Positions 7,644 through 16,186 of a DNA stretch of 25,409 bases are shown here, in pieces. Numbering within the stretch: the first letter of the stretch is position 1; each line of letters opens with the position of its first letter. Made by a program: the position numbers and the translations under genes. The notes under the pieces were generated by a model that did not search any database, was not told the origin of the DNA, and saw only the letters and a list, made by a program, of their open reading frames with translations. This stretch comes from a virus (lineage: Duplodnaviria; Caudoviricetes). The stretch is taken from positions 1 to 25,409 of IMG/VR virus record IMGVR_UViG_3300037863_000300; one strand, given 5' to 3'.

Positions 7644-7850
7644 CTGACGCAGCCGACGCTCCCTACGGTTACCTTCCATAACCTGCGCGTCATGCCTCAC
7701 GTGTGAGGAACTAAGCTTGGGCAAAGTCGGCTGCGTCAGATTGCTGTTTTGACTGACGTAGCCGACACAGCCGACGCAGCTTTTGCTGGTCCATGTGTGC
7801 GTCGGCAGCGTCAGTGGATGGACGTCCTTTTTGTGCGTCGGCATGTCAGT
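7644..7850. repeat. Iteron-like cluster CTGAC-N2-3-GCCGAC (5 copies, both orientations); candidate replication origin
   Basis: Plus-strand copies at 7644-7659 and 7753-7777. Minus-strand copies at 7726-7739, 7798-7815 and 7834-7850. Lies directly downstream of the primase-helicase and next to an A/T tract (7621-7637). Confidence 0.7.
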
Positions 7851-10182
7851 TGTCCGCATAGGGCGTGTAACTGGGGCGCGTTTGTTCTTTCAAACCCACG
7901 CCCTGATACCCCCGCAAGCCCACCGAGTTGCGCCATTTCTCCAACCCACGGGTGAGTAGCAGATCGGAGAAGCGCCGCTGAGGCCCAACAAACTCACCCG
8001 CAGCCTCGGCCCACTGCTTCCAGTCCGTGAACAGTTCTGTGGTCAGTGACTTGGCGCTGGGCACACGAACGCAGCGCTCATCAAGCCAACGTCCCAAGGC
8101 ATCCTCAGCCTCGAAATACTCCTTGGTGGCACTGACCACACTCTCTGGCAATGCCAGGCCCTCGCGCTGCCATGCCAAGCAGCCCTGCACGCCCCACTCA
8201 AAGATAGCGTTGCGCTCGGCCAGCAGTTTGTTCTGCAGGTCCTTGTCGCGCTTTTCTGGCGGCACGGTGATCGTGAACGGCACCAGGTGCAGCCTTCGGC
8301 GCATGGCCTCATCAATATTGCGAATAGCAGGCTTGTGGTTGCCTGCGATCAACAGCTTGAACTGGGGCAAGTAGGTGAAGAAATCCTGGCGCATGAAGCG
8401 CGCAGAAACTCTGTCCCCACCAGTGATCTCCTTGATCTTGGATTCGTTCCAGCGCCGTCCCTGCTCTGTCTCGGTGGCCCCCACAAAGCGTGCTCCGCGC
8501 AGGCCCGCCAGATCGGTCGGGTGGCGGTCGCCCCTGGACTCCATGAAGGTATCCATCGGCGCATTGGCTGCGTAATCTCCCAAGATAGTAAAAAGCGTGT
8601 TGACGAACACCGACTTGCCGTTGGCACCCGTCCCGTACAAAAAGAACAGCGCATGCTCCTGGGTGGAGCCGGTCAGGCAATAGCCGAACACCTTTTGCAG
8701 ATAGGCGATCTGCGTTGCATCGCCTGCGGTCACATCCGACAGAAACGCCAGCCAGGTCGGACAGCTGCTTCCAGGCTGCAGTGTGGCGGTGCAAATCTTG
8801 GTCATCCGGTCGCTGCGCTGATGCTCTCGCATGCGACCAGTGCGCAAGTCGATCACACCGCCCGGCGTGTTGATCAGCCAGAGGTCAGCATCCCACTCAT
8901 CCGTGGTGCCTGCATGCCTGCGGTCCGCCCGGGCCAGACGTTCAACGCCGCTAATGGTGCTGGCACCGGCCAGTTTGGCTGCAGTTTTGGGACTCGCGGC
9001 CTTGAGTGAGGCGTGCCGACAGACGTGGCGTACCAGGTCCGATGCTGCCAAAGTGTCCTCACTGCGCCAGCGAAGTCCGTCCCACATCTGCCATTTACCC
9101 CACGCCGCAACGTAGCGCCAGTCATTTTTGTAGCGCCGGGTAAAAGTCAGCGCCAGCGCATCCTCAGTGCCCCAAACTGCTGTATCGCCACTCGCTGCAC
9201 CCTCATCAAGTGACTGTGGGGCACCGCTTTCAACTGCGGCTTGTGCTTGTTCGTCCGCTGCCGACTGCACCTGCATACGCGCGCCATTGACCAGAAAGGC
9301 AGCCACATCAAACCCCTCAGAAATGGCATCGGCTGCATCCCATCCATCGGGCTTGTCTTCGGGCGGGTACAAAATGGCGCAGGACAGCGCACCTACGTCC
9401 AGCACGGCCTGGGCGGCCCGGTCGGCATACTGCCAGCCCGCCTTATCCTTGTCCGGCCAGATCAGTACATGTTTTACCGCCAGAGGCTTCCAGTCGGTTT
9501 TATCGACCGGCGCGCTGGCCCCATGCATGGCCGTGGTAGCCACAATCCCGACATCGATCAGGGCTTGGGCACACTTTTCTCCCTCAACCAAAATCACCTG
9601 ATCTGCCTTGATTAAACTAGGCTGGTTGTACAGTGGCCTTGAATCGGGTGGGGCCATCTTGCGTTTGCGCGCATCCCAGGGCCGGAACTCCTTGCGCTGG
9701 CCTGGAGGGTCGTAGCGGTAGACGACAGCAATGAGCTTGCCAGTGGCATCCAGGTAGTCCCACTTGGCGGTGGCAGGGCCGAGATCGTCGGTGGGCGCTG
9801 CCGGTTTGGCCTTGCGCGCCGGTGCGGCGTGCGCCCGACCGAGCAGATCGGATGCACTGGCCATCACCCGGGTGAAGTCAGACTGGACGTTGGCACCGAG
9901 GTGGGCCGCGAAAAGGTCGAAAATATCACCGCCACCCCCCGTGGCCCGATCGGTCCACAAACCGGCCTTCTCGCCATCGAGCACCACCTCCAGGCTGTCG
10001 CCGGGGCTGCCCATCACATCACCCACCAGAAAGTTGCCGCGACGCTTCTTTCCAGCCGGGAACATCGTGCTCAGGACAGACTCCAGGCGACCCAGCAAGG
10101 CGGTCCGGATTTCGTCGCGCTCGGCCTCCCTGCCATGCGGGGATGCATCCGGCGAGCCAGGGAGTTCGTTGAAATCAAGCAT
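7846..10182 (-). CDS. P4-family phage/plasmid primase-helicase (TOPRIM + D5-like SF3 helicase)
   Basis: TOPRIM 'LVEGEKCA...WPDKDKAG', Walker A 'GTGANGKS', 'IKEITGGDRVSARFM', 'AMRRRLHLVPF'. Start at MLDFN (10182). Confidence 0.93.
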   Translation of the reverse strand: MLDFNELPGSPDASPHGREAERDEIRTALLGRLESVLSTMFPAGKKRRGNFLVGDVMGSPGDSLEVVLDGEKAGLWTDRATGGGGDIFDLFAAHLGANVQSDFTRVMASASDLLGRAHAAPARKAKPAAPTDDLGPATAKWDYLDATGKLIAVVYRYDPPGQRKEFRPWDARKRKMAPPDSRPLYNQPSLIKADQVILVEGEKCAQALIDVGIVATTAMHGASAPVDKTDWKPLAVKHVLIWPDKDKAGWQYADRAAQAVLDVGALSCAILYPPEDKPDGWDAADAISEGFDVAAFLVNGARMQVQSAADEQAQAAVESGAPQSLDEGAASGDTAVWGTEDALALTFTRRYKNDWRYVAAWGKWQMWDGLRWRSEDTLAASDLVRHVCRHASLKAASPKTAAKLAGASTISGVERLARADRRHAGTTDEWDADLWLINTPGGVIDLRTGRMREHQRSDRMTKICTATLQPGSSCPTWLAFLSDVTAGDATQIAYLQKVFGYCLTGSTQEHALFFLYGTGANGKSVFVNTLFTILGDYAANAPMDTFMESRGDRHPTDLAGLRGARFVGATETEQGRRWNESKIKEITGGDRVSARFMRQDFFTYLPQFKLLIAGNHKPAIRNIDEAMRRRLHLVPFTITVPPEKRDKDLQNKLLAERNAIFEWGVQGCLAWQREGLALPESVVSATKEYFEAEDALGRWLDERCVRVPSAKSLTTELFTDWKQWAEAAGEFVGPQRRFSDLLLTRGLEKWRNSVGLRGYQGVGLKEQTRPSYTPYADN

Positions 10183-10471
10183 GTGGCACCCCCGAATCCG
10201 GCTGACCGCAATCCGGCTCGCCACCGGGATCACTGCAGGGGTCATGCGCTTTGACCGCTTGGTTGCTGGCAGCCCAGGTGTGCAATTCAGACATTCGGTA
10301 GCGAACCAGACCGCCAATCAGGTAATGCGGGATGCGGTACTTCGCTCGCATGGCCGGGTCGCTAAACCAATAAAGCGGCAACCGTAGTGCGACGCTGGAC
10401 AGCTTGGCGTCGATCATCAATTCAGGCCCGGTGTCTGCAGGGGTCTGGGGTGATGGGTTTTCATGGTTCAT
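10175..10471 (-). CDS. Small Xis/AlpA-like HTH hypothetical protein
   Basis: 'MIDAK...LRLPLYWF...RIPHYLIGGLVRYRMSELHTW' has the excisionase-type wing. ATGA overlap with the upstream nuclease stop. Confidence 0.65.
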   Translation of the reverse strand: MNHENPSPQTPADTGPELMIDAKLSSVALRLPLYWFSDPAMRAKYRIPHYLIGGLVRYRMSELHTWAASNQAVKAHDPCSDPGGEPDCGQPDSGVPHA

Positions 10472-11205
10472 TTCTTGGTACTCCAGCAACGCTCTGCCCA
10501 TGAGCAGAACTTGCATTCAAAGTGGGTGGGATCAGTGAAAGAGCGCGGCAACAACTCACCGGCCTCGGTGGCACGAATCACAAGTGCGCCCCGGTCCGAC
10601 ATGCGCTGCGCCAGCGCCGCATCAAAGGGCACCAGCTCCGCGTAGATTTCCATCGTGTCGGCGTTGACCGCCGTGAACAGCGCCGGATGCTGGTGCAAGG
10701 TCAGATAGGTTTGGTACAGCGCCAGCTGGGCGGCGTAGATGGGTTTGGAGACTGCCAGCTTGTTCTTTTGCAGATCGCGCCAGGACTTGCTGTTGAGGCA
10801 TTTGTTTTCCCACAGCGCCGGGTAGGAAAAGCCTTCAGGGCCACCGATGAGCACGCCATCGACATGCCCCTTGAGCCGTCCCTTGGCCGTCGAAAAACCA
10901 AACTGCTGACCGTTGGCATCCTCAGTCTTGAGAATGAAGCCTGCCAATCGCAGCCAGCGAATCACCATGTCCTCCGTGCGGTGACCACGCTCAAAGATAC
11001 GCAAAATGCGACCGGAGAACTCCTTGCCGGTATCCACCGGAGCCTTGGCGTACTCAAACTGCAGTTGGCGCTCGCACGCAGCCCCCAGCCGGGATGCGCC
11101 AAGATAGGATCGTGGAGCTTGCGCCTGGTTCTCGGCCTGCAGCGCAGGATCGATCAGGGACTCGATGCGCTCCGACAGGCTGGCAGAAGCATTGAAATCA
11201 AGCAT
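10468..11205 (-). CDS. Cas4-like PD-(D/E)xK nuclease with probable Fe-S cysteines
   Basis: 'YLGASRLGAAC', 'GHVDG', 'WENK', 'QLALY', C-terminal 'CKFCSWAERC' (1+3 Cys). Start at MLDFN (11205). Confidence 0.85.
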   Translation of the reverse strand: MLDFNASASLSERIESLIDPALQAENQAQAPRSYLGASRLGAACERQLQFEYAKAPVDTGKEFSGRILRIFERGHRTEDMVIRWLRLAGFILKTEDANGQQFGFSTAKGRLKGHVDGVLIGGPEGFSYPALWENKCLNSKSWRDLQKNKLAVSKPIYAAQLALYQTYLTLHQHPALFTAVNADTMEIYAELVPFDAALAQRMSDRGALVIRATEAGELLPRSFTDPTHFECKFCSWAERCWSTKK

Positions 11206-11702
11206 CAGCTCACCTCCCATGGCAGGTCGTTTTCCATATCGGCAAACGGGTTCTCGACCAGGGGCACATTGGGTCGCATCGGGTCTTCCTCCATTGGCTT
11301 ACCCGTCGTGCGTACGCTTGGGAATTTCAGGCGTTCGTGCTGGGCTGCCATCTCGGCCACTAAGGCCGTGACGATGGCCTCGATCACTGACAGGGCCTGC
11401 TCTTGCGAATAGGCCCCCAGGGGTACATCAAATCCAATGGTGCTTGCAGCGTCACCAAAGGATTTGAGACAGACGCGCATGGCTGCGCGCTCCAGGGGTG
11501 TTGCATCAAGCACGGCATCCTCCGGTGATAAATCCTTGTCCAACGCACGCGACCAGGAGCCGTAGAGCGAGTGAAAGGCGTTCTGGCAGCGACTGGAACA
11601 AAACACCCAGTCGATGGGATAGCGCCTGCGGTCGCCGATGGGGAATCGGTTGTCGCTGTGACCGCTGCCCCTGGCTTGTCGCGCGCAGACCCAACATTTC
11701 AT
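11205..11702 (-). CDS. DUF6511-like zinc-finger phage protein
   Basis: 'MKCWVCARQARG...WVFCSSRCQ' with an acidic 'PFADMENDLPWE' tail. Coupled to the nuclease. Confidence 0.7.
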   Translation of the reverse strand: MKCWVCARQARGSGHSDNRFPIGDRRRYPIDWVFCSSRCQNAFHSLYGSWSRALDKDLSPEDAVLDATPLERAAMRVCLKSFGDAASTIGFDVPLGAYSQEQALSVIEAIVTALVAEMAAQHERLKFPSVRTTGKPMEEDPMRPNVPLVENPFADMENDLPWEVS

Positions 11703-11714
11703 GGCGGTCTTTCA

Positions 11715-12407
11715 TCACTGCGCCCAGGAAGGCTTGCCAGTCACGGCTGCTGGTGCCGACACCTGTGCAGTTGTGGGCGAATAGGCGGGCGCATAAGTCG
11801 ATGCTGCGGGCGCCGCAATGCGAGGTGCGGCCTGCGCTGGCGCGCCGGACTGACCATCGCCAGAGGCCTTATGCAGTGAGGCCGACCACTGGCCATAGTC
11901 CTTGTGATCGGGCTCGACCACCGTCTTGATCACGTTGCGGTCGTCGCCACGATTGTCTTTCTCCACGTCCACGTGCACCACAAACTCGATGCCATCCAGG
12001 TCGGAGAAACCGTTGATGCGCCGGGCTGCCGCTGCTTGCGCCGAGTTGTCCTGGGGCAGCACATTGCGGGCGCTGTTGAGCGCGGCGCGGATGAAGGTGC
12101 GCCCCATCTGTCCCCAGGTCGGCCCTTTCTGCGAGAACAGGCCAACGTTTGACCACATCTTGCGTTTGGCAAAGGGGCCCGCCGTGACAATGAATTCACC
12201 AGCCAGGTACACCGCGCCGGTCTCGAACGACTGGGTGGCGTAACCGCCAGTCCAGCCCTGGGAGTGATCGTCATGGCCGCCAGGCTTGATGGTCATGCGA
12301 ACCGGTACCACGGTGCCTTTGGGGATCAGATCGAAGCCCGATTGCTGTGACTCAGCGTCGTTGAAATCGGCCCAGTTGGCAGGGTCGGAAGCGTAGTTTG
12401 CGTTCAT
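11715..12407 (-). CDS. Putative phage single-stranded DNA-binding protein (DUF669-like)
   Basis: 'DFNDAE..SGFDLIPKG...EFIVTAGPFAKRKMW...NVIK' with an Ala/Pro-rich linker ending 'KPSWAQ'. Follows the AAA_24 ATPase, as in Sak4-SSB modules. Confidence 0.65.
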   Translation of the reverse strand: MNANYASDPANWADFNDAESQQSGFDLIPKGTVVPVRMTIKPGGHDDHSQGWTGGYATQSFETGAVYLAGEFIVTAGPFAKRKMWSNVGLFSQKGPTWGQMGRTFIRAALNSARNVLPQDNSAQAAAARRINGFSDLDGIEFVVHVDVEKDNRGDDRNVIKTVVEPDHKDYGQWSASLHKASGDGQSGAPAQAAPRIAAPAASTYAPAYSPTTAQVSAPAAVTGKPSWAQ

Positions 12408-12516
12408 GTTTTTTCCAATAAAACAGGTTTTGAGGTGCGTTGGGCCCACCTGCTGGCAAAACTGCCGCAGGTTGAACCCGGTGGGGGTGGCTAAAGTTGT
12501 GGTTTGGCCTGCCCGG

Positions 12517-13350
12517 TCAGGGCGCGGCGGTGGTGGCTGTGGTTGCTGTGGTGGGGGTCTGGCCCAGGCACTTGGCGATCAGTCGGCCCAGGTGGGGCTC
12601 CTCGATCCCATCCAGCCGACCACTGCGGTCTTTGCTTGGGTAGCCAAAAGCGTTGTCGGCCTGGGTCACCAGCCCCCGGTACGGCGTGCCGTCGTCGGTT
12701 TTAAGAATGGCCAGGGTCAGGACCAGGTCCAAGATGCCGGGAAGCTCAATGGCCGTCTTGCTACCTTCCAGTTGCAGTTGATAAAACCGACGATTGAAGT
12801 CGTCGGTCTTTTCCTCCAGGATGGCCACAAAGACGACATGCTTGTCACGCACATGCTGCAGGTGAGTGAGTGCAGTGATCATTTCCTGACCCAAGAGTCC
12901 GTACGCACCCCGGTTGTCAGGCTTGCCAGTTTTTTCACTGAAGGCCTGTGGCTGGTTTTTGCACCAGGCAAAGCACAGGCGTGACAGCACGGTCAGTGAA
13001 TCAACGAAGTAGCACTCGTACTTGGCCAGCTGCGCCGGATCTCCATACTTGGTGCAGACGTGATCAAAGTGCGCCTGTGAGAAGGCCTGGTCGGCGTTGG
13101 CGGTGGGCATGGGCCCGGCCAGGAACACCACGAGGTCGCGGAATTCCTGCCAGGTACGTGGCCGCACCGTGTCGCCACTCCAGTCTTTGACTGACAAGTC
13201 ACCGGCCTCCAGATCAACGAATAGTGTCGACTGCGCTGGCAGGGTTTTGATTTGCGAGGTTTTGCCCACGCCGGGAAAGCCAACCAGGCAGATTTTGGCG
13301 CTGTGGCGCTCTTTGAGCCGTTCTTCGGCTGAGATGATGGGCAGCCCCAT
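12517..13350 (-). CDS. AAA_24 / Sak4-like ATPase (phage recombination)
   Basis: Walker A 'GFPGVGKT', 'LFVDLEAG', Walker B 'YFVDSLT', 'PSKDRSGRL'. Confidence 0.85.
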   Translation of the reverse strand: MGLPIISAEERLKERHSAKICLVGFPGVGKTSQIKTLPAQSTLFVDLEAGDLSVKDWSGDTVRPRTWQEFRDLVVFLAGPMPTANADQAFSQAHFDHVCTKYGDPAQLAKYECYFVDSLTVLSRLCFAWCKNQPQAFSEKTGKPDNRGAYGLLGQEMITALTHLQHVRDKHVVFVAILEEKTDDFNRRFYQLQLEGSKTAIELPGILDLVLTLAILKTDDGTPYRGLVTQADNAFGYPSKDRSGRLDGIEEPHLGRLIAKCLGQTPTTATTATTAAP

Positions 13351-14120
13351 TACGCTACCTCACGCATCTGCTCGGCCACCACCGGATTCCAGAGAATCTG
13401 GTAGCCGGAGTGCCCGTTGCGCGAAAACGGCAGCGCCTCCGCCAAAGTCTTGCCGGAGTCGGTAAGCTCCCACTCATCACGATCGTTTTTGAACTGGAAG
13501 CCCAGAGACTGAAGGCGTTGGTTCACAACGCGCACAGACATTCCTGGCAGTTCACCAAGCTGTGTGGAATTGAGGCTGCAGATGGGCTCGTTGGCAGCAG
13601 GCAGCACCTTGCGCAAGGACTCCAAGGCCAGCCCGGTGTTCTCATGGATCGAGGTCAAAACGGCCGCCATGGCAATGCCAGGCTTCACACCAGGCACTCG
13701 GGGGATGGCCTCGCCGATGGACAGGATGGCGTTGACGCGGTCATGAATGACTGAAGGCACTGTTGCCACTGACGTTGCCGACGCGGCTGACGCATAAGTG
13801 CCGGTTTTGCGAATCGCAGGCAAGACCTCATGGGTGACCCAACGTTTGAAGCGTTTGGCGGTGTCTTTGGAACTACCCATAATGAGCGCATATAAGCCGC
13901 ACTCGTTAACGTGATTGGCACGCTGGGCGCGGCCCATGCTGTCGATGGCCTCCATTTTCTGGAGGTCATCTCCATCAACGTGGGTTTTGAGTGCCTGAGA
14001 CGGATTACCCAATTCAAGCAGCTGGCAGACGTCACTGGCATTGAACCAGGGCTGGCCAGCAGCATCCATGTTCACGCGCAGGGCGTGCGATTCAAATTCA
14101 AACGGGATTAAGTTCGACAT
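13350..14120 (-). CDS. BRO-N domain antirepressor-like protein
   Basis: 'PFEFESHALRV...PWFNASDVC..L...VNECGLYALIMGS.K..AKRFKRWVTHEVLPAIRKTGTY', with a KilAC-like C-terminus. Confidence 0.9.
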   Translation of the reverse strand: MSNLIPFEFESHALRVNMDAAGQPWFNASDVCQLLELGNPSQALKTHVDGDDLQKMEAIDSMGRAQRANHVNECGLYALIMGSSKDTAKRFKRWVTHEVLPAIRKTGTYASAASATSVATVPSVIHDRVNAILSIGEAIPRVPGVKPGIAMAAVLTSIHENTGLALESLRKVLPAANEPICSLNSTQLGELPGMSVRVVNQRLQSLGFQFKNDRDEWELTDSGKTLAEALPFSRNGHSGYQILWNPVVAEQMREVA

Positions 14121-14122
14121 GG

Positions 14123-14614
14123 TCAAACTCCTTCTTCATGGTTGAGTGAAAGACGGAAAGTGGCTTTACCGGCCTTGACGGTGCGGGCCGCAGAAAACTG
14201 CTCCCTGAGCGCCGGCGGCCAGTTGGTGTAGCGGGATTCGGACACTGAGAAATCAATGTCCATGTAGTCCTGCATACGGTCACCGGCGGCGGTGATACGG
14301 TCTGCGATTTCGGCCAGCTTCTTCTGATCCCAACTGACCCGTTTGGGCAATTCCAGGGTGATTTCCAGGTGCCCATCAGCGATGTGGGCGGTGCCGAAAT
14401 CACGTCCGGATTCAAGCAGCGCGGCTCTGGCCTTGTCGCCGTAGCACTGCTCCAAAGCGGTGTCGAACTTGGTGCGGGCCTGTTTGAGCCAGGTGCTGGC
14501 TTGCGTCAGATTGACGTCGACTTCACACTTTTGGGCGTGGGTCAGATTAGCGAGTTGGGACACCGACATCTCTGCCAGTTGCTCGGGGAAAACGGTGAGG
14601 GTTTGATCTGCCAT
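14123..14614 (-). CDS. Conserved hypothetical phage protein
   Basis: 163 aa from MADQT with a TAAGGAG RBS; 'LPKRVSWDQKKL...FSVSESRYTNWPP...ARTVK.GK'. Typical neighbour of AAA_24 genes. Confidence 0.75.
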   Translation of the reverse strand: MADQTLTVFPEQLAEMSVSQLANLTHAQKCEVDVNLTQASTWLKQARTKFDTALEQCYGDKARAALLESGRDFGTAHIADGHLEITLELPKRVSWDQKKLAEIADRITAAGDRMQDYMDIDFSVSESRYTNWPPALREQFSAARTVKAGKATFRLSLNHEEGV

Positions 14615-14625
14615 GACGACGCTCC

Positions 14626-14889
14626 TTACTGGTAAGCTTTGGAGAACGTCGAGAAGCGCGAGACTTTGCGCTCGTAGGCTTCGACTTCGTTGATCAGGTA
14701 CGTGACCCGGGCACCCATCTTGCAAAAGATCGGGCCCAGCTGGGTTTGACGCCACCTGCGTAGCGTCTTGACGGAGAGCCCCCAGCGGGTGGCGAGCTCG
14801 TTCTCGTCGAGGGCGATGCGCGTGGCACCGTATGGGTGGGATCGATCTGGATATCGTCCGGATTGAACAGAAAGGGCTTGGTTTTGCAT
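14626..14889 (-). CDS. AlpA/Xis-like HTH regulator (first gene of the leftward operon)
   Basis: 'LDENELATRWGLSVKTLRRWRQTQLGPIFCKMGARVTYLINEVEAYE'. AAAGGAG RBS before MQNQA (14889). Confidence 0.85.
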   Translation of the reverse strand: MQNQALSVQSGRYPDRSHPYGATRIALDENELATRWGLSVKTLRRWRQTQLGPIFCKMGARVTYLINEVEAYERKVSRFSTFSKAYQ

Positions 14890-15041
14890 GAGGAACACTC
14901 CTTTGGTTGGGGTGTTCCTATTGAAATTCCCAGGACTTTGGGCTTGTACGAGTGTTTTTTCGGCTTTGGCTCGAGCTGTGTCCGATGACCGCTTGCCCTC
15001 CTTGCCGTTAACTTTTTGAAATTGCTGAATTTTTTCTGCCG

Positions 15042-15078
15042 TTTCGGTTATTTCGTTTTCGTTTATTTCGTTTATACT
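15042..15078 (+). promoter_or_regulatory. Direct-repeat operator and -10 box of the HTH-PIN operon
   Basis: TTTCG at 15042, 15051, 15057 and 15066 (two pairs with a 9-bp period), running into TATACT (15073-15078). Confidence 0.55.
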
Positions 15079-15116
15079 CTCAACTGTTCTAATTTTTAGC
15101 CCATGAGGAGAACGCG

Positions 15117-15578
15117 ATGAACGCTCCCGCCATACCCAAAAGCCTACCTTCACAAGAGGACGTCGCACTTGCCCGGGAGTCGGGCCGTGCGCTGTCGACC
15201 GTGCTCCTGACACGCGCCGACACCCAGCAGATCGACTTTCACGACGACAAGGGTGCAGTACGCACCGTGCGTATCCCGACCTCGGCGCTACGCCTGCTGT
15301 TGGAAGTCCTGACGGAAATCGGCCAGGGTAACGCGGTGTCGATCATCCCGATCCACGCTGAACTGACGACCCAGGAGGCCGCCGACGTGCTCAACGTTTC
15401 GCGCCCCTTCCTTGTCCAGTTGCTGGAAAAAGGCGACATGCCGTTCCACAAGATCGGCACGCATCGCCGTGTGCGTTACCAGGACGTGATCGCCTACAAG
15501 AAACGCATTGATGCCGAGCGCCGCAAGGCCTTGGACGAACTGGCCGCGCTGTCTCAGAAACTCGGCATGGGGTACTGA
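15117..15578 (+). CDS. Excisionase-family (HTH_17) DNA-binding protein, probable antitoxin of the PIN protein
   Basis: 'ELTTQEAADVLNVSRPFLVQLLEKGDMPFHKIGTHRRVRYQDVIAYK...ALDELAALSQKLGMGY'. GAGGAG RBS. Confidence 0.88.
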   Translation: MNAPAIPKSLPSQEDVALARESGRALSTVLLTRADTQQIDFHDDKGAVRTVRIPTSALRLLLEVLTEIGQGNAVSIIPIHAELTTQEAADVLNVSRPFLVQLLEKGDMPFHKIGTHRRVRYQDVIAYKKRIDAERRKALDELAALSQKLGMGY

Positions 15579-15582
15579 GGGA

Positions 15583-16155
15583 ATGAGTTCTCATTTCACC
15601 GTCGTCTATGACGCCTGCGTGCTCTATCCGGCACCTCTGCGCGATCTGCTGATGCATCTGGCGCTCTCAGATCTGTACCGGGCGCGCTGGAGCGACATGA
15701 TCCATGACGAGTGGACACGCAATGTGCTAGCCAGTCGCCCCGACTTGACCACAGCGCAGTTGCGTCGGACCCGTGATTTGATGAACTCGAACGTGCGTGA
15801 TTGCTTGGTGACTGGCTTCGAGCATCTGATTGCGGCGATCAACTTGCCCGATCCCGATGACCGGCACGTGGTGGCCGCCGCCATTCACTCCGGTGCCAGC
15901 CTGATCGTGACCTTCAACCTCAAAGACTTCCCGGCTGAGGCGCTCAAACCCGACAACCTCGCGGCCCAGCACCCGGACGATTTCATCGTCGATCTTCTGG
16001 ATCTACAACCGGCTGGTGTGCTGGAGGCGGTGGCCAGTCATCGGCGGTCATTGAAGAATCCGCCCAAGACGGCGGACGAATACTTGGACACCCTGTTGGC
16101 ACAGGGTTTGACTCAATCGGTGGCGGTCATGCGCCAATGGACTGTGGCCATATAA
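15583..16155 (+). CDS. PIN-domain ribonuclease (VapC50-like/PIN_3)
   Basis: 'VVYDACVLYP', 'IHDEW', 'LPDPDDRHVVAAA', 'IVTFNLKDFP', 'HPDDF'. Start at MSSHF (15583). Confidence 0.9.
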   Translation: MSSHFTVVYDACVLYPAPLRDLLMHLALSDLYRARWSDMIHDEWTRNVLASRPDLTTAQLRRTRDLMNSNVRDCLVTGFEHLIAAINLPDPDDRHVVAAAIHSGASLIVTFNLKDFPAEALKPDNLAAQHPDDFIVDLLDLQPAGVLEAVASHRRSLKNPPKTADEYLDTLLAQGLTQSVAVMRQWTVAI

Positions 16156-16186
16156 ACGGCCATCAACTGACATTTTGGAAGACTGT

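Noticed and set aside
7620-7859. N-terminal extension of the RuvC-like ORF, and similar extensions of the methylase, primase, AlpA-like, PIN and DUF3489 ORFs
   Set aside because: The extensions run through repeats, terminators or neighbouring genes. Downstream ATGs match domain starts, and most have an RBS or overlap coupling.
10468-11205. Cas4-like gene as evidence of a CRISPR-Cas locus
   Set aside because: No repeat-spacer array or other cas genes. The short repeat clusters lack CRISPR repeat length and regular spacing.
10522-11412. Long plus-strand ORFs (296 aa here; also 8287-9009, 12406-12984, 7041-7631, 4418-5041)
   Set aside because: Antisense shadows of well-supported minus-strand genes in GC-rich DNA, with no motifs of their own.
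12427-12462. Imperfect hairpin in the AAA-SSB intergenic gap as an ncRNA
   Set aside because: Short bulged stems (GTTTTG/CAAAAC, AGGTG/CACCT) are within chance expectation, with no supporting promoter or U-tract.
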